Counted from the stretch's first letter, positions 35,188 through 46,400 are shown. The stretch: DNA of 64,000 nucleotides from Nitrosopumilus sp. (GCA_965206745.1 OZ242220.1:1504001-1568000); one strand, 5' to 3'. Notes: generated from the letters alone by a model not told the origin. Made by a program: numbers and translations.

Positions 35188-35207
35188 AAAAAATTTAAAA
35201 TAAAAAA
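35188..35207 (-). terminator. Oligo-T terminator after tRNA-Asp
   Basis: Minus strand reads TTTTTTATTTTAAATTTTTT immediately 3' of the tRNA. Confidence 0.55.
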
Positions 35208-35208
35208 G

Positions 35209-35283
35209 CGCCCTCGGCGGGATTTGAACACGCGTCTCAGCCGTGACAGGGCCGAATTCTAGACCGGGCTATACTACAAGGGC
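35209..35283 (-). tRNA. tRNA-Asp (GTC)
   Basis: GCCCTTG/CGAGGGC acceptor stem, anticodon arm CGGCC-CTGTCAC-GGCTG, T loop TTCAAAT, discriminator G, no encoded CCA. Confidence 0.95.
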
Positions 35284-35379
35284 ACAGATTCTTTGAATCA
35301 AAATGCCAGATTAAAAGTTTCTGCAACAACAAAATATTTTGTAAAAGGCTAAATTATACGCCAAAGGCATTTTTTACGA

Positions 35380-35453
35380 GGGTCTATGGCGCAGCCAGGT
35401 AGCGCACCGGACTTTTAATCCGGTTGTCGAGGGTCCGAATCCCTCTAGACCCG
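35380..35453 (+). tRNA. tRNA-Lys (TTT)
   Basis: GGGTCTA/TAGACCC acceptor stem, anticodon arm CCGGA-CTTTTAA-TCCGG, T arm GAGGG-TCCGAAT-CCCTC, discriminator G. Confidence 0.95.
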
Positions 35454-36026
35454 CCTTCCATACCTTCAAAGAGCATTCCCCTCATTCAGGCAACATCACA
35501 CAAAGTCCCAATATGCAGAAGACACTCCAAAGATTGCAAATAATCTCAAGACGGTACAACCACCAGTGGCAGTCCATAAAACATGCGATAAATTGCAATG
35601 AAATTTCCAATCCAGGGGATATCAAACTGCACAAGATTAGATTCCTGATAACCATTGGCATCAGATGGACTGATTTTGAATCATCTGGTCTGAGTGGACA
35701 AGTTCCAGATACTTTTAATCGTATTTAATGTTGTTCTAAGAGACGTGTGGGGAATCCACATCTCCAAGTGATCAAAGGCAATGACGTATGCATCTTTTGG
35801 CAACCATCAATGTTTACCATGCAACATTGCAGACAGGTACATTCTAAGACGTGCAAGGATCTGGCATGACTCAGGCTGCTTGATTCCTTGCCGGCACGAG
35901 TCTGTCCTGCCATTCCAAACATTGCGGTGCAATACAGTGTGTTTTGTGTGCAGTACTGCCAAAGGAGAGAGGTGTCGTGTCAGATAGACACCAGTGTTTT
36001 TTATATTTCAAAGAGAATCAAGCCAT

Positions 36027-36110
36027 ATGAGCCCAGAAGATGAAAGGATAACTGACGAACTCATTGAAAAGTACTCTGATCTTTTAGATGATCTTGCTCA
36101 TGATGGCTAG
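36027..36110 (+). CDS. Small acidic peptide, 27 aa (MSPEDERITDELIEKYSDLLDDLAHDG)
   Basis: ATG preceded by TTTTTTATAT (~35997-36006) at archaeal promoter spacing. The peptide has an amphipathic helical pattern and is below the ORF-track length cutoff. Confidence 0.45.
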   Translation: MSPEDERITDELIEKYSDLLDDLAHDG

Positions 36111-36635
36111 ATTCTAAAACATGCAAGGCTGCATTTGCGGCACGTTTTGTAAAGCCCAACTGCATGGCAGATCACCAATAGATGGAGCCCAACTAAGATC
36201 CGACCCTTGCACATCTTTTTACACGGTGAATCAGACTGCAGTCATGACATTCATCAAATCCATGCAGATACTCTACTTAACAAGTACTTGGCACATGCAA
36301 GTTGCCAAAGATATAACATCAGACCATACATCAGGGTGCCAGGATCCCAGTACCTCCAATGGGATGATGTCTGGTTTGAAAAAGACATCACAGCAGAGAT
36401 CCAAGTATTCAGTTGCCACTCTCCAGTATCAGCGTGCCACTTTGAGGGATATCTCAAGACCATCCCCATACAACCATGCAAAGCCAAAGATCAGAGTCCT
36501 GCAGAGGGATATATTGCCAAGTCCACAGGTTCCCACATTCAAAATCTACAATCATGGCAGACTGCCGCATTCTGTATGGGAAACATCACACCAGGAACAT
36601 GCCCTCGCTTAATATGAAAAGGCCCTCACACAGTC

Positions 36636-37349
36636 ATGATCTATCTACTACTGATGGTATTGCTGCTTGCATTTGGAATACCAGACTATGCAGGTGCAGA
36701 TTCCTGGAGGATGGGACAGGGACTAGGTCAGGGGGATGCATTTGACTATCACATCTGCGATGAGCGATTCCATGACAGGTATACAGGGGATCGCAGCAGG
36801 TGTTACAACATTTCACTATACATTGCCAACGTCATTGACATCAGAGGCGGCACACTCCATCTTGTAACTGCAGCTACAAGTGATTATACAGGTACGGCAG
36901 AGAGGCTGTTTCTCATTAATCCTCAAAGGTGCGATGTGAAACACATATTCCCAGAGGATGCAGACTATGCCGACTCGCTGCAAGGTACCATACTCTGGAG
37001 GAATACCTGTGGAATACCAGTGGATACCGCACACGGATCCCAGTCTGTTCTGCTTGAGCGAGGCAACATGCAGTCGGCACTCACACTCTCAGATGTAATA
37101 GTTGCCAAAAACGGGGCTTTACAGTATACGGCAATACACGACTCTTTTGAGTCAAGCCACTTTACGATAAACGAGGCGCTGCCGCTGCCCGTATCATCGG
37201 AGATATTCACCTACGGCCCCACCGTACAGACTGCAAGGCACCTGTTCTCATTTGAGATGAGAGACTATTCCTCACCTCTCGAGGAGAACCAGGACAGCTC
37301 TGGCCTTCCGCAGATTCGCAACGGCCACTTTGAGGTGAACCGGGAATAA
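36636..37349 (+). CDS. Secreted protein, 237 aa, thaumarchaeal-type hypothetical
   Basis: Hydrophobic signal peptide ending YAGA|DSW, followed by a WxxGxGLxxGDxFxYxIC motif that I recall from thaumarchaeal secreted hypotheticals. TATA-like CTTAATA at ~36608. The gene ends 2 nt before the next one. Confidence 0.85.
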   Translation: MIYLLLMVLLLAFGIPDYAGADSWRMGQGLGQGDAFDYHICDERFHDRYTGDRSRCYNISLYIANVIDIRGGTLHLVTAATSDYTGTAERLFLINPQRCDVKHIFPEDADYADSLQGTILWRNTCGIPVDTAHGSQSVLLERGNMQSALTLSDVIVAKNGALQYTAIHDSFESSHFTINEALPLPVSSEIFTYGPTVQTARHLFSFEMRDYSSPLEENQDSSGLPQIRNGHFEVNRE

Positions 37350-37351
37350 AT

Positions 37352-39862
37352 GTGGCACTTCCGCTGATCGTCTCAGCTGTTTTGCTGTCGATACTTGGCA
37401 TGTACGGTGCCGTCACGGATTCAGAGTATGCCATGACACAGAGATCACTTGGTGCAATAGAGCAGCTAGCAGAGAGGAGAGGCGAGGTTCTTGATGGTGC
37501 CGTCTCAGACGGACAGATAACACTTGAGAGTCACTCTGCAGCAGAGAGCAGGATATTTCTCATTGACTTTATTTTACATGACGGCAAAAGAAAGCGCGTC
37601 ATATACTCGGATCAGGATACATTTGATGATGCAACGCCGGCTTTGGAGATTCGCAAGAGTCCAAGAGATGCCCCGCAGATAAGCCCCGGAACAAGGGAGA
37701 CTGTCAGCCTGCACGGCATGGGAATTGATCCCGGCGAGGTCTCATCTGCATCCGTACTGACATACAACGGAAACAGGTTCCCCATAGACTGGGATGTGCA
37801 GGGGGGCAACGGCACATCAACTAACAGTGGGAGTGGCCAGTCCACAATTGACGGGATGGGGATAAACGCAAGGATAATCCAGGTTGACTTTGAGGAGTCA
37901 AGGGTCATGCACGGCTCGAATCTTGCAGGTACGTACCAATCAATCAAGCCGTACGTTACAGTGAGTCAGGATACAGACTTTATAGCACTGGTAAAAGAGT
38001 CAGAAGGGAGAATTGTCCTCCCCATTCCAGAGTTCTCAAAGTCATACGTGTATCACGCCGATTCCCTAGATGAGAGGATCACCGAGAGGTCAACTGTACT
38101 AAGACCGGAGAGGACATCGGCGTTAAATCAAGGCATCACATACGGGTATGACGGCAGTGCAGTTACACTCTCCGGCACCGGAAACATCTTTGTAAAGCCG
38201 CATGCCCTCACCGACGAGAACCTCGTCATGGAGGCAACACTGGAGAATGCACAGCTCAGGATTATCTCAAGTCCGCTTGATCTGACGTCACTAATCAAGG
38301 ATGAAAGAGGGTACGTCATATACCAGGATACAGCGCCGAGAAGGGAGACAGTATCAGACAGCCTTTGGAGTATAGTGTCGTATCCAGACCTGCTCGTGCC
38401 AGACGGTACTGAACTGTACGGCTCTTACAACATGTCACTTGAGTGCCTTGGCAGCGCAAGGTATTCAGAGTGCCACCAGTATCCCAAATTTCCGCCACTC
38501 CAGCCGCACCCCAAATGTATCGGGGGCCACTGCAGGACAGAGCACATCCACCTGTTCTCTGACTCTGGAGAGTCAGTGATTACTACATCTGATGCAGGCA
38601 GACAGATGTCAGTCTCCAAGATGACGACAGATGGAAACAAGAAATTCTCCTATGACAGAATACGCGGCAGCTACAACCATACGCTGTATGCCCCCACACC
38701 ATGGCATGAAGAGTACCACTTTGCAGAGTCCTTTGAGCGACAGATATCGCTGCCTACAGACTCGTACATTATGGTATCCCTCAACTCCGGCACTGCAGTA
38801 ATTGAGGGCAAGTCAGTATCCCATGATACAGAAACACACTTTCTCAGAGTCGAGGGACTGATACCACACGTGCCGTATCAGATTGCAAAGAATGGTTCTG
38901 TCATTGCAGGCGGAATGACTGATGAGTCAGGCAGGATCATAATTGATGACACGCTGCACGTCACAGACGGCCTGCTGTATCTGTATCCGGACTCGCTTGT
39001 TTACCGCGGCAGCTGGGACGGTCTGGCCATGGATATTCTAAATCGGGGCATCCTCAGGATGCCTGCCCTGCAGGATACGATATACATCACACATGCGTAT
39101 GCTGCCATTCCGGTAACTGGCGACATAACGGTGACACATGTGAGCCTTGATGGAACAATGCAGATAAAATACCTTGAGGGGTCGTACTCGGATGGTGACA
39201 CGATACATGTTCCGGTGGTTCCAGGGTACCACACCATACGCCTTGGGATCAACGGGGTGAATGCATCACTTGCATACGGCAACATACTTGGAGGAACAGG
39301 AATCACCATTGCAGAGCCAGAGTCATCGACCATACGCAAAAGTGCATCAGGGCCAATACACCATGCAGAGGCAGTCGCAGGTACAGTGGCATATGCCATT
39401 GCAGCCTCAGATGGAACCCTCAAGGCAGCAGTATCAGAAACCATATCTGGCACCGTACACATACAAAACACGTACCAGTTAGAAAAGAATCCGCCTCCAC
39501 CCCCGCCACCGCGCAGGGCAGACCCGCTGTCTGGATGGGTCGATATACATCTCAACGGCAAGCTCGTAGAACAGAGGCAGCTCGGAGTCAACCCGTATCC
39601 CGACTTTGATCAGGAGAGTTTCAGGGATGGCTCAAAGATAGTGCAGAGTGTGACGTATTCATATCCGGACTATACCCTCTCTGCTGCAATCTCAGTACCT
39701 GTAAAGGCAGGAGACTTGGTAGAGTTTTTCGTGTATGCCAGAATCTACGGGAAGATAGACAGGTACGACCCGCCCCAGGGATACCACGTAAGCTCAAGTG
39801 CAGGCCAGTCTGCTGCAACTGCAACAATCGGCTCGGCATACATCACTACAGACGGCAACTAG
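37352..39862 (+). CDS. Large pilin-like or adhesin protein, 836 aa, with N-terminal membrane helix
   Basis: Long ORF. An N-terminal hydrophobic helix continues into an amphipathic helix (…EQLAERRGEVL…GQITLES…RIFLIDFI), resembling archaeal pilin/FlaF-FlaG-like N-domains. It has a beta-rich body, a Cys cluster and a poly-Pro stretch, and lies next to the TadC-like gene. Confidence 0.8.
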   Translation: MALPLIVSAVLLSILGMYGAVTDSEYAMTQRSLGAIEQLAERRGEVLDGAVSDGQITLESHSAAESRIFLIDFILHDGKRKRVIYSDQDTFDDATPALEIRKSPRDAPQISPGTRETVSLHGMGIDPGEVSSASVLTYNGNRFPIDWDVQGGNGTSTNSGSGQSTIDGMGINARIIQVDFEESRVMHGSNLAGTYQSIKPYVTVSQDTDFIALVKESEGRIVLPIPEFSKSYVYHADSLDERITERSTVLRPERTSALNQGITYGYDGSAVTLSGTGNIFVKPHALTDENLVMEATLENAQLRIISSPLDLTSLIKDERGYVIYQDTAPRRETVSDSLWSIVSYPDLLVPDGTELYGSYNMSLECLGSARYSECHQYPKFPPLQPHPKCIGGHCRTEHIHLFSDSGESVITTSDAGRQMSVSKMTTDGNKKFSYDRIRGSYNHTLYAPTPWHEEYHFAESFERQISLPTDSYIMVSLNSGTAVIEGKSVSHDTETHFLRVEGLIPHVPYQIAKNGSVIAGGMTDESGRIIIDDTLHVTDGLLYLYPDSLVYRGSWDGLAMDILNRGILRMPALQDTIYITHAYAAIPVTGDITVTHVSLDGTMQIKYLEGSYSDGDTIHVPVVPGYHTIRLGINGVNASLAYGNILGGTGITIAEPESSTIRKSASGPIHHAEAVAGTVAYAIAASDGTLKAAVSETISGTVHIQNTYQLEKNPPPPPPPRRADPLSGWVDIHLNGKLVEQRQLGVNPYPDFDQESFRDGSKIVQSVTYSYPDYTLSAAISVPVKAGDLVEFFVYARIYGKIDRYDPPQGYHVSSSAGQSAATATIGSAYITTDGN

Positions 39863-39875
39863 CGCGGAAACCTGA

Positions 39876-39883
39876 TTTTTAAG
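39876..39883 (+). promoter_or_regulatory. TATA box (TTTTTAAG) with purine-rich BRE for the TadC-like gene
   Basis: About 25 nt upstream of the GTG at 39904, preceded by GGAAA. Confidence 0.5.
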
Positions 39884-39903
39884 CCAATCATCCCACTTTA
39901 CAT

Positions 39904-41757
39904 GTGGGTGCGACACTTCTGCTCTTGGCATTTCTCATGATGCTTGCAGTTACTACACTATATCACGGCCATCTTGAGGCATTTGCCGCATTAGCAATTC
40001 TCTTTGGCATGTCTGTTACATTAAGGATATTCTCAAAGACTCCCCGCAAAAAACCCGAGTCTACAGACAAGTTTGTAGTTGATGTTACACAGAGAAGGAC
40101 AGGTACACTTTACAGGATGGGATTATACCTTGTCAGGCTTTATCCCATCTCTGCCCTCTTTGGATATGAGATGCAAAGAGTCGAAAAAAAGACGCCGTAT
40201 ACTGGCAGGACAGTCAACGCAAAGCGCTTTACGGTGCAGACAGGCATCGTGACTGTTCTCTGTATCATATCCCTCGGTATAGTCATCCCAATAGCTGCTA
40301 CACAACTTGAGATGCCATCACTGTATCTTCTGATGCCTGCCCCCCTTTTGATCCCGCTTGCAGCACCGCTGCTCTTGGATGTAATCATCAGCGAGAGGAG
40401 GACCAAATCCGCATCAGAGTTTCTTGCATTTGTCACGTATGCCGGAATCATGCATACGGTACAAAAGACAATGTTCTGGACCATGCAGTCAGTGTGCAGC
40501 TCTGCAATGTTCTGCCAGCTAAGCGATGACTCGCAGATCGTGCTGAGGTACGCCAAGGGTGGTGGGGAGGAGGAGGGATACTCTATAGTGCTGATGGCAA
40601 GGTACCATCCAAACCGCATGCTGCGTGAGTTTCTTGAAAAGTACGTCTCCTACATCCCTACAAACGCCACCCGGCTTGCAAACTATGTAGAGGCAGTCAG
40701 GGAGGAGTCGCTGCAAGGTACCATACAAAAGATAGCATCCTATGCAGACTCTGCAAACATGATATTCTTCATGGGAACCATGACAGTGTCAATACTGCCA
40801 ATCATGCTTACTGTGATGGCGTTTCTGCCGTCCTCCGGGTTTGACGGGGCGTCATTTATCGGAGTAATGTTTGTGCTTCCCCTGGCATTTGTGATATTTC
40901 CCGTGTTTCTCTCCGCAGGCAGCGTATTTTTGCAGTCTGCCAAAAGACTCTCAAGGGTGTCAGCAGTTGCCGGAGCAGCATCGTTTGTACTGTTACATAT
41001 CATGCTGCCAGAGCACCTGCTGGTATCTGCAAGTATCTCAGTTGCAGTATTTTCTGGCATCAACTGGGGGGCAAACGCAAGGGCAGACTGGGATGCCCTG
41101 CATGCAGACAGGGAACTGCCAGACATGCTTGACTATATCGCAGAGCAGAAAAAGTCAAACAGCGACATGATGCAGATATTCTCAGAGTATGCCGCACTGC
41201 CAAACACAGCCGGTGCCATAAGGGAGATACTATACAGCATCTCATCGGAGATTCTGCAGAGACAGTCAGGCGAGGCGTTTCTTGGGAGAAAGTTCCCAAG
41301 CAGGACAGTCCAGTTTGTCTTTTTTATGCTTCATGCAATATACGAGCACGGCGGGGGAACCTACGAGACTGTCGTATCCATGGCGCACTCGATGAGAAGG
41401 ATTGCAGAATTAAAGGAGGCCTTTGCCGCATCATCTCGACTCTCAGTGGGCATCGCAGTCCTCTCGCCTGCAGTCTTTATGTTCTGTGTAATGATGACAT
41501 CCTTTATGACGTTTGGCGTATCAGGGGATGACACGCTGCCAACTGCCATGACGGTAAGGTCCGATGACGTGGCAGGTATCGTGGAATCACTCAAGCCAGT
41601 CTCGCTGATCATCGCAGTTGCAGGCGGACTTGGAGTCTCGCGCGCAGTCTGCTACTCGTTTCTGCAGACACAGTATTTGTTCCTTGCAACCATAACGTCC
41701 ACTGCATGCCTTCTGCTCTGGGATACACTCTTTGATGCTTTGCAGGGACTGGTGTAG
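39904..41757 (+). CDS. tadC: TadC/FlaJ-like (type II secretion F-domain) pilus assembly membrane platform, 617 aa
   Basis: Multiple TM segments with two cytoplasmic GspF-like domains (SEFLAFVTYAGIM...; RELPDMLDYIAEQKKS...AIYEHGGG). Adjacent to the secretion ATPase. Family-level call. Confidence 0.8.
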   Translation: MGATLLLLAFLMMLAVTTLYHGHLEAFAALAILFGMSVTLRIFSKTPRKKPESTDKFVVDVTQRRTGTLYRMGLYLVRLYPISALFGYEMQRVEKKTPYTGRTVNAKRFTVQTGIVTVLCIISLGIVIPIAATQLEMPSLYLLMPAPLLIPLAAPLLLDVIISERRTKSASEFLAFVTYAGIMHTVQKTMFWTMQSVCSSAMFCQLSDDSQIVLRYAKGGGEEEGYSIVLMARYHPNRMLREFLEKYVSYIPTNATRLANYVEAVREESLQGTIQKIASYADSANMIFFMGTMTVSILPIMLTVMAFLPSSGFDGASFIGVMFVLPLAFVIFPVFLSAGSVFLQSAKRLSRVSAVAGAASFVLLHIMLPEHLLVSASISVAVFSGINWGANARADWDALHADRELPDMLDYIAEQKKSNSDMMQIFSEYAALPNTAGAIREILYSISSEILQRQSGEAFLGRKFPSRTVQFVFFMLHAIYEHGGGTYETVVSMAHSMRRIAELKEAFAASSRLSVGIAVLSPAVFMFCVMMTSFMTFGVSGDDTLPTAMTVRSDDVAGIVESLKPVSLIIAVAGGLGVSRAVCYSFLQTQYLFLATITSTACLLLWDTLFDALQGLV

Positions 41758-41837
41758 ATATCATCATACATTTCAAAGGCAGCGGTTTTAGTGTCACCTG
41801 ATACTTTGCAGGTCCGACAAGTTTGGCTGCACGAGTA

Positions 41838-43349
41838 TCATTTGGCAGATAACTCCCCGTATGACCTGTGCAGCTGCTCCATTATACCGCGGTGGGTAGT
41901 CCCCTCAATATTCCGCATACACTGCACCTTTCTCTGCATGTCACCTTTGATGTCGGTGATTCCGTTTAGCGATGCGGCATGGTGTAACCTCTGACTCTTT
42001 TTTATCATCCCGTCTATTGCAGTACCTACAAACTTTCTGCCGGCAGGATCATAGGATATCAGCTCGACTTGTTGCAGCAGTCCTGACTCGTCAAGGTACG
42101 TCTCAGTCAGCGAGAGCATCCTCCTCTGAAATATTCCGTCTGCAAGCACGCGGCCCACATGCAGCAGAAACCACAGGTCGTCCTTCTGCGCTGCCATTAT
42201 CCTGATTGGTTCAGCCTCAAGCCGGGTCAGTGCCTTTGCAGGTGATGATGCATGAAACGTCGAGAGGGAGGCATGTCCTGTCTCATACACCTGGAATAGA
42301 ATCGGGACATCACAGAGCCTCACCTCGCCGACTGCCACAAACTGCGGCCGCTGCCGCAGCGAGTATGCAAGCAGATCGCCTATCCCAATGGAATAATCCT
42401 TGTTAAAGGAGTCAGTCGAGGCGCGGGTCTTTAGACGCAGCGCGTGCCTCTGCGGTACACGCACCTCTTCTGTATCCTCGATGAGTATCACCTTCCACCT
42501 CGGATTTACCAGGCAGAGCAGCGCATTGAGTATGGTAGTCTTTCCAGAGCCGGTATTTCCCACTATCATGCCAGTACCATTGCCTGCAAGAATACTCCAG
42601 ATGTATGCGGCAGCCTCTGCTGGAATGACAGAGTCATTAATCAGATCAAGCAGGGTTACTGGCTTTTGTGGGAACCTGCGTATCGTAAATGCCGGCCCGT
42701 CGGGGGTTATGCTGCTTGCGGCAAATGCTGACAGCCTGTCACGTCTTGCAGTGGAGCCCTCGACATACGGCGATACGGAGGTGGCATAGTTTCCCGTCAG
42801 CTGCATCAGTGTCTTGCAAAAGGTCTCCATGGAGTTTCTTGCATCACCGGATGCAAAGGAGATGTTTGTATCCATCACAAAGAATTCCGGATATTTTCTG
42901 TGGATAACCCCTACTGGGACACCGGGGTTCTCGCATGTTATATCCTCAATGTAGTCATCATTTATCAGCACGTCAATTATGCGAAACCCGACAGTGTCCC
43001 TCCTCAGATAGTACATCATTGCAGAATAGTTCTCCCCGAGCACTCTTGATAGTTCGAGGATCTCAGCTGACTCTTCAAAGGAGGAGATGACCTGCGACTC
43101 TGTCGCATCCTGATAGTTTATCGCACTTGCGTTCTTTGACATGTGCTGTAAAATGATCCCGTACGAGTCTGCCGCATCTGCATCCATGTACGGCTCGTTT
43201 ATCATGTATCTGCCGTCGACAGTTATGGCAACCCTCACACCGGAGACATCATATGACTCTAATGTGTGGTACTGCTTCACCTCTGAGACCAGCCTCCATA
43301 TGCGCGAGGGCTGCGACTGCACGTCAGGCCTTTTTCCAAACATTCTCAA
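41838..43349 (-). CDS. tadA: Type II/IV secretion ATPase (TadA/FlaI/VirB11 family), 503 aa
   Basis: Walker A GNTGSGKTT, Asp box IEDTEEV, LRQRPQFVAVGEVR (Walker B), His box TGHASLSTFHA, and N-terminal IEDITC and FTIRRF motifs. TATA-like TTTAAG at ~43371-43376. Family-level call. Confidence 0.93.
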   Translation of the reverse strand: MRMFGKRPDVQSQPSRIWRLVSEVKQYHTLESYDVSGVRVAITVDGRYMINEPYMDADAADSYGIILQHMSKNASAINYQDATESQVISSFEESAEILELSRVLGENYSAMMYYLRRDTVGFRIIDVLINDDYIEDITCENPGVPVGVIHRKYPEFFVMDTNISFASGDARNSMETFCKTLMQLTGNYATSVSPYVEGSTARRDRLSAFAASSITPDGPAFTIRRFPQKPVTLLDLINDSVIPAEAAAYIWSILAGNGTGMIVGNTGSGKTTILNALLCLVNPRWKVILIEDTEEVRVPQRHALRLKTRASTDSFNKDYSIGIGDLLAYSLRQRPQFVAVGEVRLCDVPILFQVYETGHASLSTFHASSPAKALTRLEAEPIRIMAAQKDDLWFLLHVGRVLADGIFQRRMLSLTETYLDESGLLQQVELISYDPAGRKFVGTAIDGMIKKSQRLHHAASLNGITDIKGDMQRKVQCMRNIEGTTHRGIMEQLHRSYGELSAK

Positions 43350-43418
43350 ACATCACGGATATTTTTTGCCTTAAAGTACAGTATGTAGCAAATTAAAACC
43401 CAGTCAGAGTCTGCAGTC

Positions 43419-46400
43419 CTATCTGCGTGCAAACGTGACATACAGAAACACTACAGTAAACACCACAAGTACCATAATAACTGCAGGTCCCACTGCATCC
43501 ACGTATGCCATCACCACCTCATACTGCTCCCCCGTGCCGTTCCATTTTTGCTCCCGTATCTCAAGTGAGGCAGTGCCGCCCCAAATGTTCCTTGCATGTA
43601 TGGTACTGTTACCTTCCACCTGCAAAAAGCACTGCCTGGTGCATGCATCCCCGTATTTTATGCCGTCAACTGATATCTCCTCCATCGAGCCAAACCCCTC
43701 AGGCGACCTGACGTAGACTGTAGAGAGATATCTGATGTATTCAAGTGAGTTTCCGTCATCTGTATTGATCGTATAGTTGATCGGCGATGAAAACCCGTAA
43801 GGATAGTAGGGGATTGTGTTGCTTGCATTATCAGCAGTTATGTGCAGCTTGTATGATACGGGACTCGAATATGCAAACTCCTCACCGAGGCTTGCAACGG
43901 TATCATGACTTACTCCAAGCAGCCCCCACAGGTCAGAGTCAACATGTACTGCAGGAAGATTTATCGGAAACACGACAGAGCCTATCCCACTTGCGGCATT
44001 TGAGACATCATGCATGTCTCCGAGGTACATGTGTGCAAACTGCACCGGCAGCTGCCTGCCATGTACGTATGATGTAAAATATTCAGACAGATGTACGGTC
44101 CTGTTTGTATGTGCAATATCTGCCTCTAGTATGACACTTATCTTTACTGACTCGTCTGTAGTACCGTTAGAATTGATCGCAGTCACATTAAGCACCGAGG
44201 AGAGATGCGAGCCGGGATACCGGTAAGGATAAGAGTACAGGTATTTCACATCGTACCCTCCAAACTGCAGGGAGCCAATTGTATTATACGTGGTAATGTT
44301 TGCAATGCCAAACCTCTGAATCTCTGATATATCATCAAAGGAGAATGCCATGCGCCCAAACCCCTCCCTCTGAAATACTGCCGTGTCATTTATTGATAAA
44401 AGCGACTCGGCATATCCCGTATACTCTGCAATGCCGGATGTCTCTAGTACTGACGGATATGCAGAGTTTGCAATCTCTGCAATGTCACTGCCGCCCCTCA
44501 TCAGCAGGGTGGAGTTTAGCATGTACTGTGTGTGAAGCGTGCTTGCCACTGTAACATGGTGCGAGTCGTTTATCTTGGCCCGCCTGTCAGGATGTACCAT
44601 GCCGTCATCACCTGGTCCCGTACCGTTGCCCCCCAGGTAGTGCAGCGCCACGCCGTGCTGCTTTTCAAATGTTATCTCCCCCGGACTCTTCAATATTACA
44701 TACGGAAGATGCTCCCCTGAGAATACGGGGGCATAGTCTGCAATAAAGAGACTGGTCTGCTGCGATGTCACACCTATGCTTCTGCCTATGTTGTATGTAG
44801 TGGTGAGATATGGGAACAGGTGCAGGCCCCGCTCACCTAGCGACTCTGCCCTGAATGCCTCAAGCCTGTCCCCGTTGGTTGCAGCAACTGCAGTGTCTGT
44901 TACATATCTACCACTCACAGTTATGGTGCATACTCCATCAGTGCAGGATTTTGCAAACACCTCAGGTATCGGCGTTGCAGTCCTCTGCACCTCAAAGGAT
45001 ATGGTGCCGTTTCTCACTTCACGGAACGGCAGCTCAGGCTTGACGTGTATTGCGGGAACATCCCAGGTGTAGTAGGTAGAGTCCAGATTCTTCGAGTCAT
45101 ACCCGTCAAGATCCCTTATCGGGGGATTCTCAAAGGTTACAACAGGTACCGGCGTGCGCACAACAACTGCCATGCTGCCTGTCCTCTGTCTCTTTACGGT
45201 ACTGCACGAACGGTCCTCACCGTGGCTGCACACCAGCGCATGGCCGGTAACTATAACAGATACAAAGTGATCTGTCTGTCTGCAAAAGTCCCCGACATCC
45301 TTGTAATACTCCAACCCCAGGGTGTCAAGGCCCTGGTTATAGTATATCATTCTCACCCTGTCAGGATCAAGGTCATATGCCTCTCCCAGTTTATCCAGCA
45401 TCACCCCATTGTATGATATTCCGTGCCGGTCTACTCTTGCCTTGAGGCAGACCATATCTTGAAAGTCCACATCAACCTCCACATGTCCGAATATGCATCC
45501 AGAGTTTGGCTTCTGACTGCCGCACTTGCTGTCAAGGATTCCAGGCATGCCGCACGTTGCAGGTTTATCCAAACCGTCACAGCGCCTGTCAAATGTACCA
45601 TCAAAGGATGCCCGGGATGACTCATCCTCTAACGGATGCCTGTCTGCATCATGTGAGTGGGCAGTGCCGGCAAGGGTGATTCCCCACGCATATGCTGGCC
45701 TGTTTGTGACGTTGTCGCGCAGCGAGGAGCATGTCATACTGGACCTCTGCCCCGTGCACACAAAGACTGTCCTCTTCTGCGAGGGTGTCATCTCCGAGTC
45801 TTCCCTGATTGAGAGAAACGGCTCTTCACTTACCGACTTGTCTTGGCAGATTCTCCCGCTGCTGACTTTTTGGCATTTCTCATACTGTACTTTGTGATAG
45901 TTGTCAGTTTTCAGATACTTTGCTGCAAGCTTGGCAGAGCCGTGGTTCTGGTATATCTCCGAGTCTGCACTGTTACCTGCAATGATATCATGGGATACCA
46001 CCCCAAGTGATCCCCCGGATTTCAATCCCTTCGGACCGACATCAAGGCACGTCTCACTAGCCGAAAAATAAAAAATATAATGAAACCCGTCACCAGGATA
46101 TACCGTACTGTCAGGGTTGCTCCTCTTCTGCGAGTCGTATGTGACGGGGAACAAGAGCGGCCGCACGCTTATGCTGCACGGCCTGTCATGGTCTGCATAG
46201 ACACTATCAGATGCAAAGGATATGCATGATATGAACACTGCAAGCAGCAGGATATGCATCGTCCTGCTCCCTGCCTTACTTTGTGTATTCTTCTGCGAGT
46301 CCCTGCCATCATGGTTCTTGCTGCCACTCCCCAGTCGAACAATTACGGCAAGCCTCAGGACGGCATTCCAAATAAAATCCACACCCTGCAGCACCCTGAG

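Noticed and set aside
36121-36617. Overlapping 163-aa and 136-aa ORFs as a possible Doc/Fic toxin
   Set aside because: There is no HPFxDGNxR motif, composition is atypical, and two competing frames exist. It is likely non-coding or heavily decayed.
39904-43349. Archaellum (flaI/flaJ) operon
   Set aside because: No archaellins, FlaH or chemotaxis genes are nearby, and the ATPase and platform are convergent.
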